Program-made: the position numbers and the translations under genes
NCBI GenBank assembly: GCA_964199315.1
Contig: OZ116700.1
Coordinates: 34,658,001 to 34,722,000, forward strand
Length of the DNA stretch: 64,000 bases
Origin: Orbicella franksi
Taxonomy: Eukaryota
Reading direction: 5' to 3'
Part shown: one piece after another, positions 1 through 12,400 of the stretch
Layout: each line of letters begins with the position of its first letter
Position numbering within the stretch: the stretch's first letter is position 1
The notes under the pieces: model-generated
What the model saw: only the letters and a program-made list of their open reading frames with translations
What the model was told of the DNA's origin: nothing
Databases searched by the model: none

Positions 1-468
1 ATGAGTCAAAAACCTCAGAAGAGACTGTAAAGAAAAAGGTAAACTATTATAGATTTGAAAACATTTTATTCTGCAAGTGTTTAACGTCTTGCTGTGAGGC
101 ACAGTGGCCTGGCATCTCTTAAATGTTTGACCTGATCTGGATTGAGAGATTAAGGTTTGAATTCTAACAGTTCCATAACTATAGCACATTTGTGCCTCCT
201 CCTAGTGGTAAATATTTTAGGAAACTTTATATATTTCTAGAGCAAAAGTCACTTTCAGTTGCACAGTAAACTAAATGTAAAGATTTACACGATGAAAATC
301 TATTGTAAGCTGCTGCTAAAGAATTGCAAAGTTGGCAACCTGAAGGCCTGTGTTTGTTCCACCCTCAACCAATTTGTTGCTAAAGAAATGAATTAACTGT
401 AACTTAAAGTCTTTCTGCTACATGAAAGATTTCTATTCAACTGCAAGTTAAACTGCTTTCTCTTGTAG

Positions 469-3400
469 CTTCAGTCTGCAACAGAAACATTGAAAGAACA
501 AGAAGCTAAGCTTAAAGAAACAGAGGATGAACATTCCAGTGACTTAGAAAACTCTCTGATCCGGTTAGAGGAAGAACAACAGAGGTAAGATTCAAAATTC
601 AGTGGCAAATTCTCCTTGCTGTTTCCATACATTTCTTAACTCAGTTGGAAGAATTTGTTTTCATTATGGTTTTGTTGTTACCCAACTAAATTACATTGTA
701 TATTGTGCTTTATAATGTTTGAGAAATGTGTAAAAGTCAAAGTACCCCTTGTTCATAAAGAACTTTAAACAAGACTCAATGTGGATAAATATAGTTAAAT
801 GGAATTTAACATAGTTAATAACCAGGAGCTAGTCTGGTCAGTAGCCTTTTTGTAGGCAGTTGTGAGTGTCTTGGCTGTCTGTTAGCGTTTGTTTAGCGTT
901 TGGTGCGTTCTGTAGCGTTTGATATAGTTCAATGAAATTTTACATAGTTTATGACCAGGAGGTAGTCTGGCCAGTGGCGTATTTTTGTAGGCATTTGTTA
1001 ATGTCTTGGCCATCTGTTAGCGTTTGTTAAGCGTTTGGTGCATTCTGTAACGTTTGCAGCAGTCATATGGCTGTGGGAGCCCTGGGGCTGACATTGTCCA
1101 GCGGTATTCTTGGTTAGTATGTGCGTTGTCATCCCATGTGCTTGCAGTGTGTTTGTTGCTCTGTTAGCGTGGCATTGTGGGTTGAATTATAGTAGTTTAA
1201 CCGTTCTTGGCATTCCCTCCCTATCCCCCCACCTCTCTTCAGCATTTGTTATTTATTTATTTTTATTTTTTCATTTTTCCACTGAACCATCTGGCTTGAG
1301 TGTGACAGGTGCCTGTAGGGGGCCTGACGCAGGGGGCTCGTGGCTTAGTTGTGGGTTGGGCAGGCCAGTTGGGTGTTCTAGCACCTTGGGGATGTGACTG
1401 CGGTTGCAGCCCCCAGGCTTCGTAGGCACCTTCCCTCCACTAGCGACTTGGGTGTTAATTAAGTTTTTGGTTACTCAGTAAGCTGATTAGAGAACATGTA
1501 TGTGTTTATGCTGATGTGATTTTTCAGTGAATGCACAGGATCTGCATTTTTCAAGGCTTGATCATACATGTATTTTGGACATGTTTGTTGTCTAACTTGA
1601 AATCATACTACTCTTACAAGTATTATTTGATTGCTAAATTGAGCACTTGTTTGTAGATGATTATAAATGTACTTGCAAAACAGCATCCTTTTACAGTGAA
1701 GCTTTACACTTACTGTGTTTTCTGATTGCATTGCTAATACATGTCTGTATTTTGCACAAAACATAAAGGCTTTTAATGGTCACGTTTTGGTGGTAAAAGA
1801 GAACTCTTTACCACCTCCTGCTCATGCACATGTTACCTTCTCCAGGAGTGCCAGCCTTCAACATGTGAATAACATGCTCCGAGAACAACTAGAACAAGCA
1901 ACCTCAGCCAACCAGCAGCTTACGCTTGACATTCAGAAGTTAACAGCTGATTGGAATAAAGCAAGAGAAGAGCTTGAAGCTCGGGATGAAGAGGAACAGG
2001 CCTACTTTTCTAATGAGCATGTACGTTTGATGGACATGTGGAAGACAATGAACAACTTCAGGCGGCAGTTCAATGAGATGAAATCTGCGACACAAAGGTT
2101 TGTCCAAGCTACAGTTGTATATTTAGTATCACATACTGAAGGTAAAACTCGTTTTTCATGGCAACATGAAATGCTGTGGTGTGTCTAGGTGAGGGTTACA
2201 GGGGGGCCCCTGCAAGTCCCCTTTTTTTCGAAGGACCAACCCACCATAGTCCCTACCTTGCACCTGCCCATTACCATAAATAGAGTTATGGAAATACCAT
2301 GTATAAATGAAGTTATTGTATCATATCATATTGTTGGCCCCCCTATTTTAGACATCTTATGATCCAACACTGAGTTGTATTTTATCTTTTCAGGGATCTG
2401 TCCAGTGTCCGTGCTGAAGTTACCAAGTCTGTTCGAGTTGTGCAGGGAGCCTGCATGGATTTAGACAAAAATCTGCGTGGCATGGATGCTAATACCCAGT
2501 CTGCACTGGAGGAGGAGAGGGCTCGATGTCAAAAGGTGTGTGATACATTTTTCTTATATTCCTTCCTCTCTTTAGTCTGAAGATAATGGTAGGAAAATCT
2601 TTCCACGAAATATGAAAAAAGAATTGAAAACAAGCAGCTGTATGAAAGTTCTGCCCAAAAGCTGTCATTTGAACACAAAATCCATGTACATGTGGCGTAC
2701 AAATTTACATGACATGTTATACATTATATAACCCCATTGTACAACGTGACTTTAAGTACCACATGGAAGTCGTTGGTGTACCATTCACTTGCTTATTGCT
2801 GTGCATTTTTTTCCACAGGCTGAGGAGCAGCTGCGTGAGAAAGTACAGGAATTTATTGAACTTCAGAACAAATATGACAGTGAAAGGACTGATCTTATGG
2901 TGAAGTGAGTAAAATCTCTACAAAATGTTTAGTATTGAGGTCAAGCTAGAGATACTTTCTTCTTAGATCATCAGTTGAACAGTGGAGAGATGTTTCTATT
3001 TTACAGTTGTTCAAATGTAGATATGCTATGAACAGCTGTGCATGTATACAAACATCTCATTATGACTAGACTGTCAGAAATTACTCTTTTGTCTTTGTTA
3101 AACTCCTGGTTGCATGCAGTCTGTTACAAAATTATGACAGCTCTGCAGTATTACGTGCCCTTCCACGGTCTGTCTCTAAGGCAGTTAACAAGTGCTAGCA
3201 GAAGAAAAATTAAATGTTCATTCAAGATTCAAGCAGGGACAGGGTCGATTGCTAGGAATTTTATATTATGCTTCCACAGTGGTGTGCTGATCATCGATTA
3301 TAGTAGATCATTGATTGAATACCTTAATTAAAGCAACGTGATAATCAAATATAGAAATGTTCAATTGATTATGGTGGAAAAAGTATAAAATATATTGTTG

Positions 3401-6400
3401 ACAAATAAAAATATTAATTAAAACTTGTATTGTCTTTTTAATGAACTCATATTGTAACTTCCGAAACCCAAATAATTAGCTGTTGAATGGCTGTGAGAGA
3501 CATTTTTCAGATCTTTTTTTATGTAAATGGAAATATTACAAATATACATGTATGAAAGCTGAACAGCCATAATGCAGCTCACAGCTCAAGGAATCGGCTC
3601 AAGGAATCAAGTGAAACTCAGCTTCGTTCCCAAGGTCCTTTCTTACAATTCTCTTGTTTTCATGTTGCCCATGAAACAAACATGGTGGTTGATCCAGGCC
3701 AGCATGAGGAATACCAGCTTGGAAGAGATTTTTTTCATTTTTAATCGCTGATTGATCAGTTGGGTCAATCCGTTTATTTCCAATGATCGGTTGTGGAATT
3801 TCATCTGATTCCCGACACTTTTCTTCCATTGCTCAGTGACTGGGAGGCACTTTGGCCTCTGGTTAGTATGCTCAACTCTGATATGAGCAGTCCAGTTTGA
3901 GGCTCTGGCTGGGGATGTTAAGACTGGCATCCTGTCCAGGGGGAGTAGAAATATTCTTGACCAGTTGCTTCATGCTATATAAAAACAGGAGATAAGTGCC
4001 GGCCTGGTGGGCCACTTGTATACAGACTTAACCTTTCAACATTACCCACTGGTTATGAAAGCACCGCTAGAATTTCATAATAAAACAAACATCAGGTTTT
4101 TATGAATACTTTTACTTACATTGTTTAACTTTTTATTCCTAAAAGGGTAAAGGACTTGACAAATGTAAAAGAAAAACTGGAAGCTCAGATCAACGAGAAG
4201 GATGAAACCATCGCAACTTTAAAGAAGAGGATCAATGGCTTGGTAAGTATTTCATTATTCTTTCTTTGGGTTACTTGCAGAATGTTAACTAAACACTGTC
4301 TGTACAAGTTCAATACTGGATAAATACAACAGAACATCGACACAGCTTGCTCCATGTAGGTCTTGAACCAGTGTTCTTATTTTGTGTCTAGGAAAGTGGT
4401 TTTGCGAGACAGTCAGAGGAATGGGAGAATCAGAGTGAAGCCAGCCTCGCTGCTATGCGAGAACAAGCGGAAATCCTGCATAGCACTCTTCAAGAAATAA
4501 CGCATGCAGTGAGGCAGGATGCTGACAACACTTCCAAACTTTTGGGCTCACCCGGCATGGAAATAGAGGTGGTGGATGCAGGCCTGCTAGAGGGCGCTGA
4601 AGATGACTTCATGACTAAGAGGCCAATTTCACCATCACGTGCTGCTCGCTTGCGTTCATCATCTCCGACCCGTTCCAGGTCGCCTGCTGTATCAGACAAC
4701 GCCCTGGCTCAAGTACATTCCGCTATTCAAAAGAAAAATATTCAAGTGATGGTGAGTGGAAAAACTAACAATTATCACTGTTACAACTTGAAGATTGGCA
4801 TAGGACACTAGTTACTAGATTTTCATTGCCTCTGATTGGCTGGGAAGGTAGGAAAACTAACATAAGGATGTCAAGGAGTGGTTGAAACATTGACACTTTG
4901 TCCACTCAATGTTAACTTCATTTACTGCCTATCACACTAATTGCAATGTCGTAAGAGATTTCAAATTTGCCATTTGGACCAGACATTCGTTCATTTGCCC
5001 CTCTAGGAGAGGTTGGGTAGGCTATGCTCACCCGTGTTGTCACACGTACAAGAAGTTTCTTCTAACGAACCTCACTAAATTTGTCAAATTTCCATGTTTC
5101 TGGGAATTAACCTGGAGGATTTACTAGTAGTTGTGTCTAGACTGGAGATCATCGAAGAATTGTTAATAAAATTGATTACATAATTGCGTCGTTTTGTATT
5201 CATTTTCTAATTCAAGGAAATGAAGAGCAAAGTGGAATCGGCAAAGGATTCCGAGAAGAGAACTAAAAAACAACTTGATGATACTGAGAATGAAAGACGA
5301 CGGCTGGAGCATGCTCTAAACACCGCCCGCGATGAACTGGACTCTGTGTAAGGAAAAACAAACGCATTTTTATTATCGGGTGATGTTTGATCGTTACCTC
5401 TCTAAAATTTCTCTGCTCTCGATTTTTTTCTGTTGAATTAAATTATGTTCCACGTCCAACGAATCTTCCTGTTGCCCTTAGAGGAGCACAGTCACGGTAT
5501 TTTGAATTATTTTGGCTACATTGAAGGAAATCTTAAGAATAATAGTTTAATAAGATAGAAAAACACTAATGAGATAATAATAAACCATGAAGAAACAAGG
5601 ATGGTTAAGGATGGAGGAGATTGACATGAATTACAAATTTGGGCTAAATTTTTCAAGGTGCGCAAACCGTGACGTCGCTTCTTTAAAATAACCTTTACTT
5701 GGATTCTGGGCTTGAATTGCTTGTGTTAAATATGATATTTATTATTTTTCTCCGTTTTCTCTTTTCAGTCGGCAAAAAGTCTCTGAGACAAGTCAAGACC
5801 GCGAGCGTTTTAAAGCGCACTCTGATGTTCTCGCCACTGAAAAGCAAAACTTGGAAAAGATGCGTCACTCCATGAACGAGCAGTTAGAAAACATGACAGC
5901 AGAAATTGAAAAACTGCAAGCGGCAAACAGCGAGCTTCAACGACAGCGCGACAACCTGGAGGATGACAAAGATGACTTAGATCGCGAGAAGGATCGATTA
6001 GGAAAGGAAGTACTGCGAATGACACAAGTCATTGAACAACTCGAAACCAAGCAGTCTTCGCTGAAAGAAGACATTGTTACACTCAAGGAACAGCTGTCCC
6101 GCGCCATGTTGGATAAGGAGGTCTTGGATCAGGAGAAAGCACACGTTAGTGAGACGTTGTCGAAGTCGGAACTTCAGAAAGCCGAGCTGGAATTGGAGAT
6201 CAACAAGATGAAGTCGGAGGAGATCGCGCTGCGAGACGCACTGGTGAAATTACAGTCGCTAAACGAAGGACTGGGTCAAGACAAGATTGAACTGAACAAG
6301 ATTATCAAGCAAATGGAGTCTGAGAAGTCGTCCCTGAGCCAGGATAAGAGAGATTTGGAAAATGAGAAAAACAGCATCAGGCAGGAGTTGATCCGCGTTG

Positions 6401-9400
6401 AACAAGAAAAGGTGAGAAGGGCGTCGCAAATTAGTATAAGTAATCAAATGGTGACGAGTGGAATTAGGAAATAATTTCACGAGTTTTATTAGGAAATAAT
6501 TTTGCCTTTAGGCGAGAGAAATAATCAGAATTTTGACAAAACGTCAGTGAAATTATTTCCTAATTTCACGTGTTTATTATTTAATTCGTAGGTGACAAAT
6601 TACGTTTACAATCGTGGGTTTTTGACTTGCTGAAATTGTATCGAGAAATTTAGCGCCAAACGTTGCCACGCAATTTTGTAATTTCACATGTGGAATAAAA
6701 TGTCTTGTTCATTTATCTATATCAGGTGGACTTGGACACAGAGAAGTCATCACTGGACCATAACCTGAGCATCCATGAAGCCAGCCGAGAAAAACTGGAG
6801 TCCGAGTTGATCTCTGCGAACCGAGAGAAAGCAGAACTCAGTGAAGCACTAAACCAGGTTACCAGAGAAAGAGATTCCATCTACGATGAGTTGATGACCA
6901 CTCGCCGTGATGTGGAAAGACAGAGTTCCAATGTTGTGCGTTTGGCAAAAGAAAAAGAAGAGCTGACACGAGAGAAGTCCAGTTTGGTCGTGCAGGTAAA
7001 CTCTGGCGAGCGGGAAAATCGCGGCTTAGCCGAGAACATTGCAAGTTTGAAGAGCGAGAAAGAGTCTTTGGAAACGGCTTTGTACGACCTTCAACAAACT
7101 GCTACTAAGTTGGAAGCAAGAAAAGAAGCGCTTGAGGCCGAGAACCAAGAACTTCTGTTATCCAAGGAAGCTTTGACTGTTGACCTGCAGCGCGTGCGCA
7201 AAGAAAAAGAGATCGAGGAGGCCAAGTTGCTGAAGGACAAAGAGTTGGTCGAGCAGAGACTGGGCCAGACTCAGCGTGATGGCGAGGTTGCGCTGAAGAG
7301 AATGGAGCAGAAACACGAGGAGGAAGTGGAGAAACTGAGGCGAGAGAAAGACAGTTCTTTGATACAAGCCAATCAAGAGAAGGAAGAGGCTATTTCACAG
7401 CTCAAGGATGAAAAAGAAGAAGTGGGACAAAGGTTGGTGTCTTGTGGTGTTGCTTTGTCGCTTACCTAAGCCTTTTCAACCCAAAACTTGGGCGAAGCAT
7501 TCAAAGTTGATTATTACTTGACTAACCGCGTGACCTTTCTGTTTAGGCTCGAGCGCGAGAAAGCAATACTTGTGAATGAAGTGGCCTTGGTTCAAAAGGA
7601 GCGTGACGATCAACTACTCATGGCTGAAAACGAGAAACAAGAGGCGTTACACGCGGCAGCCAACGAAAAGGGAAGTTTGCTGGACAGACTCAACAAGACA
7701 CAGAACGACTTGGAAAATGCCAACGTGGAAATTGACAGAATCAAGCGTGACGCTTTCAGCCGTGCCGANNNNNNNNNNNNNNNNNNNNNNNNNNNNNNNN
7801 NNNNNNNNNNNNNNNNNNNNNNNNNNNNNNNNNNNNNNNNNNNNNNNNNNNNNNNNNNNNNNNNNNNNNNNNNNNNNNNNNNNNNNNNNNNNNNNNNNNN
7901 NNNNNNNNNNNNNNNNNNNNNNNNNNNNNNNNNNNNTTTACTTGGATTCAGTGAAACCTGAAACGTCTGCAATTTACTATTTCAGTGCCGAATAAGAGAA
8001 GATAAACCAGTTCTGATTCATCACAAAATTCCGCCGCCACGTTGATGTTAATACAGTTTTGAACCAGTTTTGTACTTATTCATATTCTTCTATTTTAGGG
8101 AGCTATAACACAGGCCCAAAATGAATTAAGAAACACACGAAGCAAGCTTGAAGATGTCAAGTAAGTGAAACAGTTCAATATTGAATAATTCAGCTTGTTA
8201 ATATTATTGTAATATATTTATATTTATTTTTCAAAAGGACGGACTATTTACATTATCACCGCGTTTTACAGTGTAAAGTCGCGAAGGCATCACGCAATGT
8301 TTATTTTGAAAGTATAAACTGGTTGAAAAAATGTTTGGCTGTGATCTCCGTATTCCAGTTTCTTTAAGAGTGTTCTTAAGTTCTTATCTGGTTTTGTAAT
8401 TAGCGAGGAAGTCCACTGTAGCGGGTTTGTTGACAAGAAACAGCAATGACGTGTAAATGCATGTTTGCCACTAATAGATAAATTTAATTTGTTAGTTTAT
8501 AATTTTAACCATAACTTGTTTCTTTTTTTTCTCTCTTTGTACGTTTTAGCAACCGCTATCAAGCCGAGTCTGCTGAATTAAAGAATCAAATCAAAGATCT
8601 AGCCCGAGTCAAGGAAAACACAATGCGCGAAGTTAGTGAGCTTAAACTTCAACTCAAGATGGTGGAAGAAGCTCGTGACGGGGTTCGTCGGGAGCTCATC
8701 GACGCACATAGAAAAATCCGAGAAGGCGAAGAGGCTCGCGAAGTCGCTCGGAAGGAGAACACCGATCTGAAGAGGCAGCTGAAAGACGAAGAACGCGAAA
8801 AACAAGCCGTGCAAGAGACTGCCAACGAACTGAGAGGAAAGGTGAAGAAATGTGAAGCAGAGAAGACCAATCTGAGGAGGACATTGGACGAAGCAAGCCA
8901 GAAGATTGGATCGCTTGAGGAAACGAAGGCCGCGCTACAGAAAGAAGCTGGAGAACTGAGAGCGAGCTTAAGGGAAGTTGAAAAGGCACGATTGGAAGCT
9001 CGACGCGAATTACAACAACTTCACAACCAGGTAACTATGAATATACCATACTAAACTACGACGTGCGAAAAAGTGATATCAATTTGTGTAAACGTATGCA
9101 TCCATGGAAAGAAAGGAACTGTGTTTCAAAACTCCTTGCAAGTGATTGATGTCGCATCATTTTTGGGGGCACCCCGCGCATTATGGTGCTAAAAATAAAT
9201 GGAAGACAGTGTCAACGTTTCTTTGGGCACAAGCCGTCCATACATGTCGTTTATTACTTCATGTACATTAATTTACTTTCCTCGACGCTCGCAAAATTTT
9301 GGTGCCCTTGGCAGAGCGATGGGGTTTGTGTGAGGAGTAATTGTGTTACGTCCATTCTTTCAGGTCAAGATGCTTGATGGTGAATGCCTTAAGAGCAAGA

Positions 9401-12400
9401 AAGAAATCTCCGATCTCAAAGATCAACTTGCCAAGGACGAGCACCTCATAGATGAACTGCGCCAAGACAACTTCAACATGAAACAGAAACTGGTCGAGTC
9501 TGATGGCCAAAAGGAAGGCGCCAAACGAGAAATCCAAAACCTGACGCGTAAATTCGCCGAGATGGAGGAAGACAACCGTGTCAGAGAAAAAGATTTCTCT
9601 GCTGCCCTGGATGAAGCTCATCGCGCCGAGCAGAAGGCCAATGACAAGGTGAAGAATCTGGAAAATCTGTTGGAAAATTCCAGCCAAGACAATAGCGATC
9701 TGAAACTGAAGCTGTCTGGGTCAGAAGGACGCATTACGGGTCTAGAAGCGCAGTTGGCGCGTATGGAAGGATCTAAGAATGATTTGGAGTTCAAACTTGC
9801 CAGCTTGCATTCCACACTGAGAAGAACGCTTGGAATTAAACCACCTGGTGAAATGAGTGGAAGGTAACAAATCAATAGTTTAGTGTTAATTTTGTGTTCA
9901 AAATGTTCAACATTTTATTTGTCAGTCTTGATTTTTTGTTATTATACTTTCATTCCCTCGAATAAAAATCCAATTTACTTTCAGGACTCCCTCTCCGACG
10001 CGCGCTCGTAGCCCGAGTCCCCGTCGCCGCATGTTCGGCAGAAGTCGGTCGCGTTCACCGGAGAAAGCCATGGAAGAGACCGTAGATTCAGGTGATCGTT
10101 CATTGTCCCCGAGCAGAAAACTTTCTCCTGGTAAATCAATGGAACTGTCCGGCGAGATTGATCCAGAGACCGTGCGCTCTGCATTGCGGGACTTTGCTCA
10201 GAGCATGAAAGAAGCTGAACGAGAACGTGACGAGTCCATGGCTAAGGCTGGTAACTTACAGCGAGCTCTTGCTGAAATGGAGGAGGAGAAGGCGCATACT
10301 GACCAGCGGTTACTGGCGCTGCAGAAGTCACTGGGAGAGGCCGAAGAAGGTATGTACTGGTTGCTACATGCAAGAATAAAAACCTTAAGTTCGTCGTTAC
10401 TTTTGTGTACAATTATTGAAATAATTTGAGTAAAATGTGTGGCATAAAGAAATGTTTATGCCTAGTGAGTTTTTGGGCTGCTCTTTCTAGTAAAGAGGTG
10501 AGAGAGGGACTATGGCCGCGCGAAACTGCCGTCAGGTTTTCACGTTTTTGTTTTCTTTGGTTGTCTTAGTAACGTCTATTTTGTTTCTAGGTCGCCGTGG
10601 TGCTGACGGTCGTCTCAGTAGTGCCCAGACCGCACTTATGCTCCAGGAAGAAACTATCAGGCGCTTGGAACGAGAGCGGAAAGGATTGAACGAAAAGATC
10701 TCAGTATTGGACTCCAGTCTTGCTCAGGCAGAAGGCGAGCGCCGCCAACTGCGAGACAAGGTTGCTCAGTTCCAGCAGAGTGAGTCAAAGAGCGACCAGG
10801 AGAAAGAAGCCATGCGCGCGCAAATCGAGAACGCTGAATCGAGGCTGACCAAAGTTGAGCTCAGGAAGAGGTCCCTGGAGGGTAAGTCGTTGTTTAATAA
10901 TTCTCTATGTGTATAGTAATAATGTCTTCATTCATTTGATAAAAATGCATATCAAATGTTGCAATTATGGTCCACTCGAGCTGTTTATGAATGGGATTGC
11001 CCTTTATCAAGTATAGGAAATTGGTTCCCGTCAAAAGCGAATAAATCCATCCTATTCCGGAAATACGGAACATTGAAACTGATTGTGCTGCCCTCTTGTT
11101 CAGTAAAGATGTTGTTTTTGATCTTAACAACCTCGATTAGGGTTATATTCCCCATGATCTCAGTGGCAGATCCTTGAGCTAAGGGGGAGGGGGCGGTTTT
11201 TTTTTCTGCTTGCCCTGCCGGCTTTTCTTCTTTCTGTGAGTTTTTCGTTTTTTACCCAAAATAAGGGGGTGCTCCAGCCCCCCTAGGCCCCTCCCCTAGA
11301 TCCGCCACTGGATCTTGCTCAGATTTCCGATTTGTTTGCTTTTGTGTTGGGAATACTTAATGCCCTATGTCAAAACTTGTTCTAACTAACAAAAGGTTTG
11401 GAACTTTACCTTTGGGATGGGGTTCAGGGTTAGGGTTAGTTAGTCTAAATTTAAATACCTGACTTTTTTGTCAGGTGACATCGAAAGGCTGAGAATGCAG
11501 TCAACCGAAGGCGAGGCTGAGAAACAAGCTCTCCGTGAGCGCATCGATCAGCTGATGAGATCACAGCAAGAACTTGAATCACGTTCTACTTCCCTGCAGT
11601 TGACTGTGGACAGGCTCACGCTGGCCCTGGCAAAGACAGAGGAAGAGGAACAGGCTTTCAAGGAGAAGGTAATTAGTAAACGAATTTACTAAGTAACTTG
11701 TGGTTAGATCAGACCCTGTCTTCGAGGACTTTTCGTTCTAGTAACGGCTAAGCAACCGATTCCGCGTTTAGAGTATCGTTTTTCACTGACTTTCGCGAGA
11801 GTTTTCCCGACTTAAACCAGTTACATCTTTGTTTGTCAGGTGACCGAACTGTCACTTAGTTTGAATGACAGCAATGCCACATCTCAGTCGCTGCAAGAGA
11901 GGCTCCAACAGATGCAGCGCGCGCTTACCAACAGTGAGCATGACCGCAAGATCATGGCTGAAAGACTGGAGGCTCTGAAGGCTGCTCAACAGGACGCCAA
12001 GAACAGATATAACGTGCAACAAGATCGCATGCAGCAAATGAAGAACGAACAGGCCGATGCTGAGGTAAACGATTGACTGTATTTGTGATATTGCCCTGGT
12101 TGAGTTCCTTGCGCTGTGTTCTTGGGCAAGGCGGCAGCCAATCTCGCGGTACTGTCCATCACCTAGAAGTCCAAACGGACAGACTGTTGGGGAAACTTTA
12201 CAAAATGCTAAGGGTAACTTACGATGGACTAGCATCTCATCTAGGGGTAGGGGGTGGCAATACTCCCAGCCGCTTCATGCTACAGAAATCGGAGAAATTG
12301 GAGCGCTGCACCAATAACCAATGCAATTCCTTTCTGAAAGGAACTAACCTGCGATCAGCTTTGCAAGAAGGTCTCACTTAAACTTTCCGATTCTGTTACT

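Noticed and set aside
11421-11440. GGGTTCAGGGTTAGGGTTAG telomere-like motif (also TAACCCTAACCC near 20985)
   Set aside because: Only two or three units; too short to call an interstitial telomere.
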